DNA from: Trichosphaerium sp. ATCC 40318
Taxonomy: Eukaryota; Protista; Tubulinea
DNA length: 64,000 nucleotides
Direction of reading: 5' to 3'
Assembly: GCA_038496445.1 (NCBI GenBank)
Contig: JALMLS010000510.1
Location: 103,560-167,559 of the forward strand
The position numbers were made by a program, and so were the translations under genes. Within the stretch, counting starts at the first letter, position 1. Every line of letters starts with the position of its first letter. The notes below the pieces were generated by a model. The model did not search any database and was not told the origin of the DNA. It saw only the letters and a program-made list of their open reading frames with translations. Shown here in pieces: positions 12,321-24,150 of this stretch.

Positions 12321-13357
12321 ATGGATGACCATATGGAATTACGTATGAGAAGTAAATCAAGTACTAAGATACCTTCAAATCAACAACAAGAAAAAAATAG
12401 AATCAAACCAAACAGAAAATCCTGGCTAAGTGAACGCAACCTAATAACCCTACAAGCTGGTACAACAATGTTATAATAGACTACATACGTTTACTCATTA
12501 TTGTGCGCAGCATCTGGATTGGTTTTTGCAACCTTTCTAAGCGTACACTTGGTGTCTGCTTTCGCATGTAATTTTGGACCAGAGTATATGTATGCTATTC
12601 AGGTAATCGGCTTGTGCATGCTATTCTAATAGTATTCTAGAACGTGTTGCGAACCTACTACCAATATCCCATGATAGAGCTTACAGCGATTGTAGCAGCT
12701 CTTGGTGTACACCTATTCTCATCCATCATACGCTGGAGGAGACGTCGAAAAACACTATCTCAAGTGTCTTGGGCTTCACGGTTACACAGATACTCAGCGT
12801 ACGTTCTATCAACCGCTATACCACGTGTTTTCTATTTGTGACTTTTTATAAGGTACTTCTTACTTTTTGAACTTACTCCACACGTGGGATTTGCACGTGT
12901 ATTCCCGTTTCTTTATAATTTTTCGGCAAACTACTATTTTGTCCACTTGAGTATTGTTTACTGGCCTTACTACTTTTACCCGTACTATGCACTCCTAGCA
13001 GCTTGTGGGTAAGTACAATTCAGTCTATAAAACCCCTTGTAGCCATGACTGCCTATTCAGGTTCTATCACATGGCGTATGGAGTTTTCAAAGCGTTGAGA
13101 GTGTTAGGCATTAAGATACCTCAACAAACTTCTTTGAATAGCAACTACTTTTTAGTCTTGGCATTGGTTGGTCTTCTTGTTTCTATTTCGACGGTACGTG
13201 ACACGTGCACATGTAATTTTTTTTTATGTGTTTCTAGACTATTGCTTTTGGTGGAAATTATGTAGCAAAGGATGCTTTGGACCTCAGTGAGTTTCCTTTG
13301 TTTAAGAGCAAATACGAAGAAATAACTCCTGCTGCGTTTTTACCATGGAAAAATTGA
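12321..13357 (+). CDS. Multi-pass membrane protein, Mcp1/DUF1691-like
   Basis: TM helices with spaced His residues: FLSVHL, LGVHL, LHRYS, PHV, FYHMAYG. Family call is from motif recall. Confidence 0.55.
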
Positions 13358-13426
13358 ATCTTGAAACCAACAAAAACTAAAAGTTGCTGGCTGCAGCACA
13401 CTTTTTTATGTTTATAAACAATTAGT

Positions 13427-16400
13427 CTATAAATCGTTTAGCGGTTTTGTATCGCTGTAATTTGATTGTATTAAAGCAACCTCTGTATCTTCAAAAGTGC
13501 CTGCTAACACGTGAGTTACATTTACAAAAAACGGAAAAAACTCTGAGAATCTTTACCATTGTTAGTTGATGAATCATCATCGTCCAACAACTTTTTATCA
13601 TCATATTTTGTATCACGTTCATGTACTTCAACAACACGTGCTAATTTAATTAGTTAAACGAGACAAAAAATAAAATATAAGAGTACCTGTGTAGCGCCAC
13701 CATATGACATACAAAAGAATTGATGATAACACAAAGATACTAAAAGTTACTCCAAATCCAGGCCACCCTAAAGGATAACGCTTAATACAATATAGCTTGG
13801 GCATTACATGATTATAATGGCATACTTTGAAGGGAAGCACATATAGCAAATAAAAAGAGTGATACTTGAAATGGCCATGCAACAAAGTACGCTGTGATCG
13901 CATCTCGAACATTTTCAGCGAATATCAGTTTTTTAGTTGTTCTTGTCAACCGCCTGCTCTGTTTTGGCCAATATCCTGGAGGCCTCGTTTGTTTATAAAA
14001 CTAAACAAAAACTAGATGTTAATCACGTGTTCACCTAGTTTTGGCAGTGGCTCTTCGTGCGACAAGACAATACAGTAAACATACATTAAATAGAACTTGT
14101 TCATCTGTTGGTGATGATAGATACATTCCAACAATCATACAGATCAAAGAAGCACCTACTGACTATTTCTAAAGTTAACACACCAATATGGAGTTACTAT
14201 AGGTCATTTTTAGAGAACACGTGCCCAAAGAAGAGACATATATGTCGGACTGTTTCTGAAGGCGAAATGTTGTATAGTCGCAGCGGCCATGCCTCCTATA
14301 GTACCTATGTAATACAATTAATAAAGCCCAATTCTGTACAACGCATTTTTGACCTAACCTGAAGCATAAGCGATACCTACAGTTGTCATATTAGAATAGA
14401 ATGCGAAAAAGGGGATGTACCATTGACTCTCCAATAAAACCATCTTGCAACCATCGGTACATACAATGCAGAACTCAATGCAACTTGTAGAAATCCCCAT
14501 ACATCATTAATGTTTGAGAATGCGAGACTGACAGCCTACACGTTTGGTTGATTGTGCAAAAGAATCCAAAAGACTAAAAAAAAAAAAAAAGAATGCTTAC
14601 TACACCTGCAACCGTGATGACTAGAGATGATACACGGCTATGTATTAATAGTTTTGTTTGTGATGCTCTAGGGTTAATAAAAGCTTGGTATATATCTTTG
14701 ACATAGTAGGCAGCACCAGCGTTCACATTGCTAAGAAAAAAGAGTTTGAGTTCATTTTTATGTTCAAAGATTTGTTTAGTCTCCCTAACCTATCAAAAGT
14801 AGACATCCCTGCAGCGACAAATCCGCTCACGAGGAACCTACAGATATATCAATTACCAAATACAGTTCTATCACGTTTTGGCTCTGACAGCAAGAATTCC
14901 AGGAAACTTTGAAAGTGTTCTTTGTTATGCCGTACCCACGGAGTACAATTGGAGTAAATTGTGAAAGCACTATTGGTACAACCCTCTCTGGGTCTTCTAT
15001 AAAATTTTCTTGGTTGTAAGTATGTCCAAGAAGTACCAATGCTACTGTAAAAGGCCAACGAAAAGTTAAAAGTACTATCCATATCATAGACATTTTAGCA
15101 ACTTCTTCATCGTCTTTTGCTGCAAAATATCTACAAATCAACAAAAAAAGTCACGAAATCGGTGTGTCTAGAGATCTTATATGACATGATTTTTATACCT
15201 TTGTGCACCATATCCTATAGGTCCTATACGAATAAAAACGTTAAGTAACAAAATTAAAACAGTTGTGTACCTCCTGTGCCTTCAAGAAACAAACGAATCA
15301 AATAAACCAAAGTTGTCAAAATCAATAAATCAAAAGTAGCATATTGACTATCTGGCGGTACACCAAGTTTCCATCTAGGTACCTAAAACAAAACCACAAA
15401 GAGTTAAACTCAACAAAAAAAAAAATCACGTGTCACTGTGAACACTTACAGGATTGCTCCAATCCTTGTATGATATCGAATAATTCACAAACTTTAATTC
15501 TTGTGCATCATCTTTTGGCGGTAATGCTATATTGAGCGTTTCTGGTACATTGCTCTTGATGAATGCATATATGATAAACGCAATACCGGTTAAAAGGACA
15601 AGAACAGCTTGAAAGACATCAGTCCACACAACACCTAACACAGAATTGTCAAACACGTGTCAACCAAAAAATACTTCAAAATAGAAGTGGACGTAGACAG
15701 TTCACTAGAAATATGATCACGTGCAAGGTACCTTGAAATCCACTCACTACAGTGTATATAACAGCAAATAGACTGATCGCTGCGCCAGCATAAAAGTCTA
15801 CACAGGGTACTTAGTCGGAGACAAAATCGAGACCCCATTTTTTTTTTTATTTACCTTGCATTCTACTATCATGAACGCCAATATCTTCCCACGGAATAAA
15901 CTCAGATAAAAACTTTCCGCTTCCAATAGCAAAGTAAGTGACACCTTAAAGTTGGAGCATTAAAACAGCATTGTAAGTTTACACCAATGTTTTCTGTTGC
16001 ACCTATAATTATCGTGATAATGTTCGATACTGCGCTTATAACACGTGCTATCTTTCCTTGTAAGCCATTACCAAACCGAAGAACCATCCACTAAAAGAAG
16101 CAATTAACACGACACATTGTGCCCATGTGCGTTCCAAAAAAAGAAATAAAACAAGATGCACATGCCTCTGCTGTTGTCATTACTTTTGCTCTTCTAGTCC
16201 ATTTTCCTAAAAAAAACGCACGTGATTAAAAAAAAATAGCAACAAAAAATATCTTAACCCAACTCACCGAAAATAAGCATAAGAGCCATAGATAGAGTCA
16301 CACCTCCTCTAAATTCTATGTAGAATCCTGTTTTCGACTGATTTAGCTTACAAAACCTCAACGCTCGTAATACGCCGTTTTACCTTGTACACCTAACGCA

Positions 16401-16661
16401 TACAAAAGTGCAGCGTTGATGGCAGTGCCAGAAATATCAAAGGAAGATGCCAATCCTACCAAAACGTTATTTGTCGTTTTTGAAGCCCTTGAACAAACCG
16501 GAAATGCCCAATGCCCACCATGGTAGTTTTCTGTTGCCTAAGAAAAAGCCTTCAATTGATTTCGAACGGGTTTTAGCTAGAATCGTTGGAAGTAGGCCAA
16601 CTATGATTATTGATAGTAAATATATTGCCACAATGACATAGTCAACAACAGCAAGCGCCAT
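13427..16661 (-). CDS. Sodium:solute symporter (SSS) family transporter
   Basis: FFLGNRKLPWWALGISG, WTRRAKVMTTAE|WMVLRFG, GVVWTDVFQ, AQRYFAAKD, AAGMSTFD; many TM exons. Confidence 0.92.
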
Positions 16662-16994
16662 ATCTGTAACAAAACGGGTAAAACATCGGTCAAATGCAGT
16701 CCCGAAACACTAAAAAGGAACAGCCTTATTTGTTCGTGATCACGTGACTAGACTATAAGCGAGATAAATTGGTGTAATTGGGCTGACATAACCTTTTGCT
16801 GTATTTAGGCAGTGGAGGCTTACCACATGCAGATAGTGAACACAAACTCTGGTTGAAGTTAGTTGACTGCCGCTAGTTACAATTCATTCTGAAAACCAAC
16901 AAGAATACATAGCAGCTTATGTACGAAGTGTTAAACCGTTCCTAATTGAAGACAACTCACATACAAAACTGTTTAGAGCTGATTGCTTTAACAA

Positions 16995-18425
16995 ATGGAA
17001 GAAAAAGATATAAACTATACAAATCAGTGTGTTTTCAGCCTCATTGCGCTACCTATTGAATTAATAGTGCATATTCTGAAACAAGGAACAAATACAATCC
17101 GTTCAGCCCAAACGTGCCACTTTTTGCGAGATATCATCCACAAACATGTTGGATACGGTCACATCTATATTAGAAGCGAAGATGAGGTTCATATGCTTTC
17201 TGGTAGTGCATTGCTCCAGAACTCGATTATTGACATTCGTTGTAAATCAATAACAGATCAATGTTTAAAGGCATTGGCGGGTGTATATTACATTAGGTTG
17301 TGTTGTTGTACTTCAATAACAGATGAAGGATTGAAGGCGTTGGCACGTGTACACACTATTTATTTAACATCTACAAAAGTAACGGATTCGGGATTGAAGG
17401 CATTGGCAGGTGTACATAAAATCAATTTATATTTTTGTGACAATATAACAGGTGAAGGATTGAAGGCATTGGCAGGTGTACACACTATTGACTTGGGTCA
17501 TTGTACATCAATAACGGATTCAGGTATTACGGCATTGGCAGGTGTTCATGAAATCAATTTATCTAGTACAAAAATAACAGATGAAGGCTTGAAGGCATTG
17601 GCAGGTGTACACACTATTGACTTGAGTCATTGTAAATCAATAACAGATTCAGGTATTACAGCATTGACAGGTGTGCACAAAATCAATTTATCGTTTACAA
17701 GTGTAACAGATGAAGGATTAAAGGCATTGAAGGGAGTACATGAAATCAAATTGCAATCTTGTGTTTCAATAACAGACGAAGGATTGAAGGCATTGTCAGG
17801 TGTACACTGTATCAAATTGAGTCATTGTAAATCAATAACAGATGAAGGATTGAAGGTGTTGGCAGGTGTGCACACTATTGACTTGAGTCATTGTACATCA
17901 ATAACAGGTTCAGGATTGAAGGCATTGGCAGGTGTGCATGAAATCAATTTATCGTTTACAAGTGTAACAGATGAAGGCTTGAAGGTATTGGCGGGGGTAC
18001 ATTACATTGAGTTGCGTTATTGTAAATCAATAACAGATGAAGGATTGAAAGCATTGTCAGGCGTACACTATGCTAATTTGAATAATTGTAACCTTCTAAC
18101 AGATTTGGGTATTGCAGCATTGGCAGGTGCACACACTATTTATTTATCTGGCACAAGGGTAACAGATGAAGGTTTAAAGGCACTGGCAGGTGTACATGAT
18201 ATTAACTTGCGTTATTGTACAGGAATAACTGATGAAGGCATTACGGCATTGGCAGGTGTACATGATATTGATTTATCATTTACACGTGTCACAGAGGAAG
18301 GTTTGAAAGCGTTGAAAGGTGTACATACCATCATATTACATGGTTGCTTCTTAACAACAGATTACAATGGTATCAAGGCATTGACTGGTGCACATAAAAT
18401 TGTACCTGATTATAAATACAGATGA
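16995..18425 (+). CDS. Intronless F-box + leucine-rich-repeat protein, 476 aa
   Basis: LIALPIELIVHIL F-box-like motif, then about 16 cysteine-containing LRRs (ITDEGLKALAGVHTIDLSHC). Confidence 0.92.
   Translation: MEEKDINYTNQCVFSLIALPIELIVHILKQGTNTIRSAQTCHFLRDIIHKHVGYGHIYIRSEDEVHMLSGSALLQNSIIDIRCKSITDQCLKALAGVYYIRLCCCTSITDEGLKALARVHTIYLTSTKVTDSGLKALAGVHKINLYFCDNITGEGLKALAGVHTIDLGHCTSITDSGITALAGVHEINLSSTKITDEGLKALAGVHTIDLSHCKSITDSGITALTGVHKINLSFTSVTDEGLKALKGVHEIKLQSCVSITDEGLKALSGVHCIKLSHCKSITDEGLKVLAGVHTIDLSHCTSITGSGLKALAGVHEINLSFTSVTDEGLKVLAGVHYIELRYCKSITDEGLKALSGVHYANLNNCNLLTDLGIAALAGAHTIYLSGTRVTDEGLKALAGVHDINLRYCTGITDEGITALAGVHDIDLSFTRVTEEGLKALKGVHTIILHGCFLTTDYNGIKALTGAHKIVPDYKYR
17240..18400 (+). 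repeat. Coding tandem repeat with 72/75-nt LRR units
   Basis: Recurring ATAACAGATGAAGGATTGAAGGCATTGGCAGGTGTACA at the DNA level. Confidence 0.9.
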
Positions 18426-18668
18426 TGTTGGTATTTAACAAGAACAACAACTTGATTAAAATCCAATTGCAGGAAAGGACATTAAAACAAAATTAAACTT
18501 TTGGTAAAACATAATTAAACTTTAAATTACAGATTGAGCATTGAAGGTTGAGATTGAAGGTTGAAGGTGAAACAGGGAGGGGAGTATTATTTAAACTTTA
18601 CAAAACAGGATATTACAATACTCAAATCAATGTACACAATTTTCGTCAACATGCCAACTAAATAGAAG

Positions 18669-21043
18669 TTAAAATAAAATTCTATCAATACAACGTGAAG
18701 TTGTATAAGGAAAAAACCATACCAAAGAGATAAATATCCATATTGCCAACAGATAGTATTTAGCTTGTGCAGCACCACGATGAAACTTCTCACCACTAAC
18801 TGGCGTTGAAGGTGTAGGTGATGTCGATGGTGAGGTAAATCCGGTAGATGGCGTTGGTGGTGGCGTTGATCCAGTGGATGGCTCCAGTTGTGCTACAGGA
18901 GCAATTGCTGTCTGCGTTGGAGAGTTGGTGGCAATTGTTTGGGGTGGATTTGTTAAGAAACGTGTTGGAGGTAGCGATAAACTATAACAAGATGGTGCCA
19001 AAGTGTTATTGAACACCCAACCAAGACCTTAATTGTAAAAATTAGCCAAGAGCTTTTCTTTTAGTTGTAGTTAATGACTTACTTTCAAGAATTGAAATCT
19101 CTGCTGGTTGCAACTCTCGTTTAAGTTGACCATGATATAGACCATGGTTCATTACAGCTTGTGGCATAGCTGTAGCATCAATATGTGACATGCTTGATCC
19201 TCTATAAAATAGTATTTAATCACGTGATTTGCTTTAATTGGTAGGCATGTCTTTGTTTGTATTATTTTGTTTGTAAGCTAGTTTTACAAAATATTGTACC
19301 TCCTAAACGTTGAAGGGAAATACAGTTGGGGTAGAGTATCACAAGCTTCAGTTTCATGTGATTTGTATACTATTGGTCCAGCGGCACCTCTTCAAAAAGT
19401 TAGCTTCAGGATGATAGTTTTTTCGATAGGAGCGTTGTACGTTAATCCGCTAGTTGGGGTACGCAGTGATCCAACGCTACTAAATAACAATGTGGTAAAA
19501 TTTTGAAGATACATTGAACGCTCAAATCTTGTTCTGAAGTTCGTAAGCTAAAACAAAGACAATCAGCTAGTTTTTGTGTTTCTTTTTTTTTTTCCTTGTT
19601 TTTTTTCTGCTCTTTTCCACATACCCCAGTGCTTGACGAGCCATCTGCAACTACAAAATAAGTTAGATGACTGAAAAATAAGAATGTAACAACGCACGTG
19701 TAAGACTAGTAAAGCCAAATCCGTGTATAATCTCGTGAAGAAGAACAGTATAAAAATCATACCTACATAGAAAAAATTATGTCTTTGCTTACCAAAACGT
19801 TAAGTAGTTAGTTTATACGTAGAATTTGTTATGTTGGTGCCCATAGAGAAATGGTATTCTACGTTAAAAGCATAAGTACAAAAAGAAAAGCGGAGCTTCA
19901 GTGATAGTGAGGAAGTGTTTCCAAAAACAAAGTACTATCTGCATCCTTCACAGTTTTTTAAAAAAATCAAAAGCCCTCTAAAGTATTTTCTACAGACGAG
20001 GGCTAAAATAATACACTCGTGCCTGAATGATACGGACAAAAGATCCCAAAAAACCCGAAAATTTTGGTAATTTTTATTTCCTTTTGGGTTTTTTGAGATT
20101 GTACACTCATTCGGTACTACTTTTACTAAAATAATAAACGTACCTGCTCCAAAGTTAACAGTAACAGATATATCAGGGTTACTAAATTGAGGAAACGGCT
20201 TGACATTGCGCTCATAACGTAATGTAGCAGCACCACGGTTAAAGCTGTTTCTGAAACCAACCCAGAATGTTCCAGCTGATGCTAACCTTGATCCATTTTG
20301 CACATTTTCAGAAGCCTCAAAAGTAACTGACAGAGTTCTCTTTGCTAAAACACAACACTTGTTTAGTTTTGTACTGAATGACGTAGTAGTACAATAACAA
20401 GGTACCTTTGTTTCTGTTTGGAAAGTCAAGAATACCTCCTAAGTATTGTAGTACCTCAACAACTATAGCTTGCGCCTAGACTTCCTTGTTAATAGATTTT
20501 TGGACATGACCACAACTGAAAATGGTATAATCTCCTGAAGTCTCCACATTAGTATAAAACTTACCTGATCGCCGTTTGTAGGACTATCAAATCCAATGCC
20601 TGTACCATTGACGCAATCTGTAAAAAGCACTTCCCATGAAATAGTACGAGAATCAACCTGTTGAGGTGAGTTAGAGGCGCTGGTAGAGATTTCGAGTTAA
20701 GTGTTGCTTACAATCAGTGTAGGTGTTGACCTTTTCTCAGTGCTAGACAGCGATTTGTATATTTGTTTACACTCTGTGCCGTAGCACTGGAATGCTTGTG
20801 GCTCTGTAAAAATATTAGATGGGTGATAAGAACTCTGTGGTACCTTCTTCAGACGTGGCATAGATACTCAAAATCAGAGTTAATATGATTATAACGTACA
20901 AGCACTTTGGTGTCATGTGGCTTTGTGTAAAGAGTGAGTATATTATGTACTTCCTTTAAAAAAAAAAGTCCACAAACTTCGTTTGTAAATTCTTCGAGAT
21001 TTCTAGTGTCTATGACGCTATTTTGTAGCACAAGTATAGACAT
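18669..21043 (-). CDS. Surface Zn-metallopeptidase with Pro/Thr/Ser stalk and hydrophobic (GPI/TM-like) tail
   Basis: YDFYTVLLHEIIHGFGF (HEIIH at 19723-19737, a frame missing from the ORF track) and downstream LYFPSTF..GSSMSHID. 5' end uncertain. Confidence 0.7.
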
Positions 21044-21711
21044 GTAACGACACCGCTTCTAAAATCGCTAGTGATTGTAATCAGCTACTAAAATAAGGTT
21101 GTAAGAGCCCGAATTGTAATCCTACATTTTTACTATTTAATATTTTTTAGGCAACCCACGTGAGTTTCTCAAATTTTAAGAAAAACCCGAAGCGGTGTAA
21201 ACGATACCCGACGTAGGATTTCACTCAAAATCACACATTGGGTAGTTAAGAAATGATGTAATATACTTGGTACGACCTTGCTGCTTTTATTTTCAGAAAT
21301 GATCACTTTCCTCATCATTCGTGACGTAAGTATCATCTATACTGTAATAGCACAGTGGGATTACTGGTGCTCCGGATAGTTAATAGACGTTAAACATGCT
21401 ATAGAAACTGTAAGTTCAGCGTGTAAATGAGGGTTAAAAAAAATGGTTACGGACGTGATGAGACGTTTTTTGAGGTTCGATTCATTGATCAATCGCATGC
21501 TTATAGTTCTTGTCTTTGTTGTTATGAACTTTACCGAAAATATTGTAAAGAGGTGTTTTATATCCTTCAGTTTTCCACAACATACTACTAAACGGCAATA
21601 TTACAAGGTTGAGTAAGTGACAGCATTCGAACAAAAAGGTTTATTGATTTGTTTTGCTTTGAGGAACACGATCCAAAGCAAACAGCTCTGAGATGTAGTC
21701 GCTGCGGTTTT

Positions 21712-23260
21712 TCAAGCATCTTGTACCTTCTTGGTAACTGATTTAATGATACCTACAGCCACAGTCTAGATATAAAAAGTAAGCACGTGAAGGAACAACC
21801 GATGAATAGTTAAACAAAAGAAATGGTACCTTGTTCATATCACGGATTGCAAAACGACCAAGAGGAGGCATATCCTTGAATGCTTCACAGCAAAGTGGCT
21901 TGGTAGGAATTAAGCGAACCATTGCAGAGTCTCCTTGTTTGAGATAAGCAGGATTCTTTTCTGTCACTTCGTTCGTCTTGCGATCAAGCTTTGTCAAGAG
22001 TTCGGCAAAGCGGCATGCAGTACGAGCAGTGTGAATGTCTAGAAGAGAAGAAACGTAAGTATTAAAACACAAAAAGCTAAAAAAGACAACTTACCAAAGA
22101 CCGGGCTGTATCCAGCAAAGATCTTCTTTGGGTGGTATATGATGATGATTTGAGCAACGAATTCAGTCACTTCAGCAAGAGGTACTGACCCACCAATCTC
22201 ACCAATGACTGTACCACGTTCTACTTGCTTTACAGAGACACCTCTCAAGTTTACACCTACATTGTCACCGGGACCAGCCTGTGTCATCTGGGTATTGTGC
22301 ATCTCTATAGATCTCACTTCAGCCGTTAAACCAGACGGTGCGAGTTTCACCTTTTGGCCGGCTTTGATAAGACCTGCTTCGATACGCCCAGTGACAACAG
22401 TACCGTAACCTTTGATTTTGTAGACACTTTGAATTGGCATTCTCAATGGCTTGTTTGTAGGACGCTTTGGAGGCTTCAAGTTGTCAAGCGCTTGGAGCAA
22501 CGTTGGGCCCTTCCACCATGACATGTTGCTTGATTTCTCCGTCATGTTGTCACCAGGGAATCCAGAGATAGGAACGAAAGGAACACTGTTAATATTGAAC
22601 CCAATCCTCCGCAAAATGTTAGTGGACAAAACACGCACATGTTGAACGTACTTTTTCAAAAAGGCTGATACTTCAGCGACAATTTCCTTGTATCTGGATT
22701 CAGCGTAGTTGACAGTCTTGGCGTCCATCTTGTTCACACCAACAATCAATTGCTTGACACCAAGAGTGTAAGCGAGCAAAGCATGTTCGCGAGTTTGTCC
22801 GTTGGTAGAGATGGAAGTCTCAAGCTCTCCCTTTGTTGCTGGAACGACAAGTAATACTGCGTCAGCTTGGGAGCTACCAGTGATCATATTCTTGATAAAA
22901 TCTTGGTGTCCAGGAGCATCAATGATCGTAATCTAAACAAATTCAGAAAAAGGTTCCAGTAGCGCTGTAATTAATCAAAAGTCTCACGTGGTTGTTGTTA
23001 GTGAAGAATTTCTTGGTTGTTGTTTGGATTGTGACACCATGAGATTGTTCTTCTTCAGTGTTGTCTATGCCGAAAGCGTAACCAAATGACTTCATGCCCT
23101 TTTCTTCAGCCTTTTGTTCCAACACTTGCATTCTTCTCTTGTCGACACCACCACATTTGAAGATCAAGTGACCGCATGTTGTTGATTTACCTGCATCGGC
23201 ATGACCAATTACAACGAGATTAATGTGAGTTTTATCGTTGTTGTTCTTGTTCTTTGCCAT
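21712..23260 (-). CDS. Divergent translation elongation factor EF-1alpha family GTPase (5 exons)
   Basis: [57 protein letters not shown]. Confidence 0.93.
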
Positions 23261-23533
23261 GCACGTTTTTAAGTTGAGACAAAGGGGCTTTTGTTTGTTT
23301 TCTTTGTTCAAGCTGTTGTTGTTGCTTTATGATATGATTTTTTTCGCGTTCATTGTTTTGTCACAGAAAATTACTAGAAAGTGGTGTAGGTGGTGAAGTA
23401 CTCCAAATAAACGTTATAAATCTTTTCAATGAAAGCTATTTCAATTTTTTCGGAGGCTCTTTGATCATCGGTACAGAAATGGTAGGTTCAAAATACGATC
23501 AATTAACTTTGATGAATGGTACAAAAAACAAAA

Positions 23534-24050
23534 TTATAACTCACCTATATTACGTGGAACCATTCCACATGAAAAATCCGACAAGTAGCTGTCGTGCAAG
23601 ATCACACCCTGCTCTACAATATAGTGTGGAATAAAATGATCATAACATACATTTTGGAGTGTAGTATTACGACGTCGTCTTATGAACTTTAATATGCTGC
23701 CGATGCAATTGAGGTTATAGCTATTACCAAGTAGACAACTATGCAAGTCTATTAGGTAGTAGCATTCAAGTAACATGTCAATGCTCCAGTACGTTTCCAT
23801 ACCATTATACTTCACAAGAGATCAGTAGCAGATGATGTCATCAAAGCGCTTCTGGTGCTCATACGATTGGTCTTTTTACTGATCAAAGTGTCAGAGCACT
23901 TCAGGGTGCTGCATGCAAACGATACCTGAGTTCTTGTTCATGTAGGGTTTCAATTAACACGCATTGGGTCATTACGAAATTATGTAAGATATCTTGGCAC
24001 AACTTGCTCATTTGAAACTCGTTGGTGACTTTGAACTTAAAGAATGTACT
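23534..24050 (-). pseudogene. Possible decayed intronless ORF of unknown family
   Basis: One frame reads MNKNSGIVCMQHPEVL*HFDQ*KDQSYEHQKRFDDIICY*SLVKYNGMETYW... into ORF 23534-23815. Confidence 0.3.
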
Positions 24051-24150
24051 ATCAAAGGGCTGTAAACAAACTCAGTACTATATGACACAAAATAGAGGCA
24101 CTAATGGCGAGTAGTAAACCGAAGATTTAGAGGTCAAGACATATAATATT

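Noticed and set aside
17240-18400. Regular repeats superficially like a CRISPR array
   Set aside because: In-frame coding LRR units, no unique spacers, no cas genes, eukaryotic context.
18531-18570. Short TTGAAGG repeats between convergent genes
   Set aside because: Too short and irregular to call telomeric or functional.
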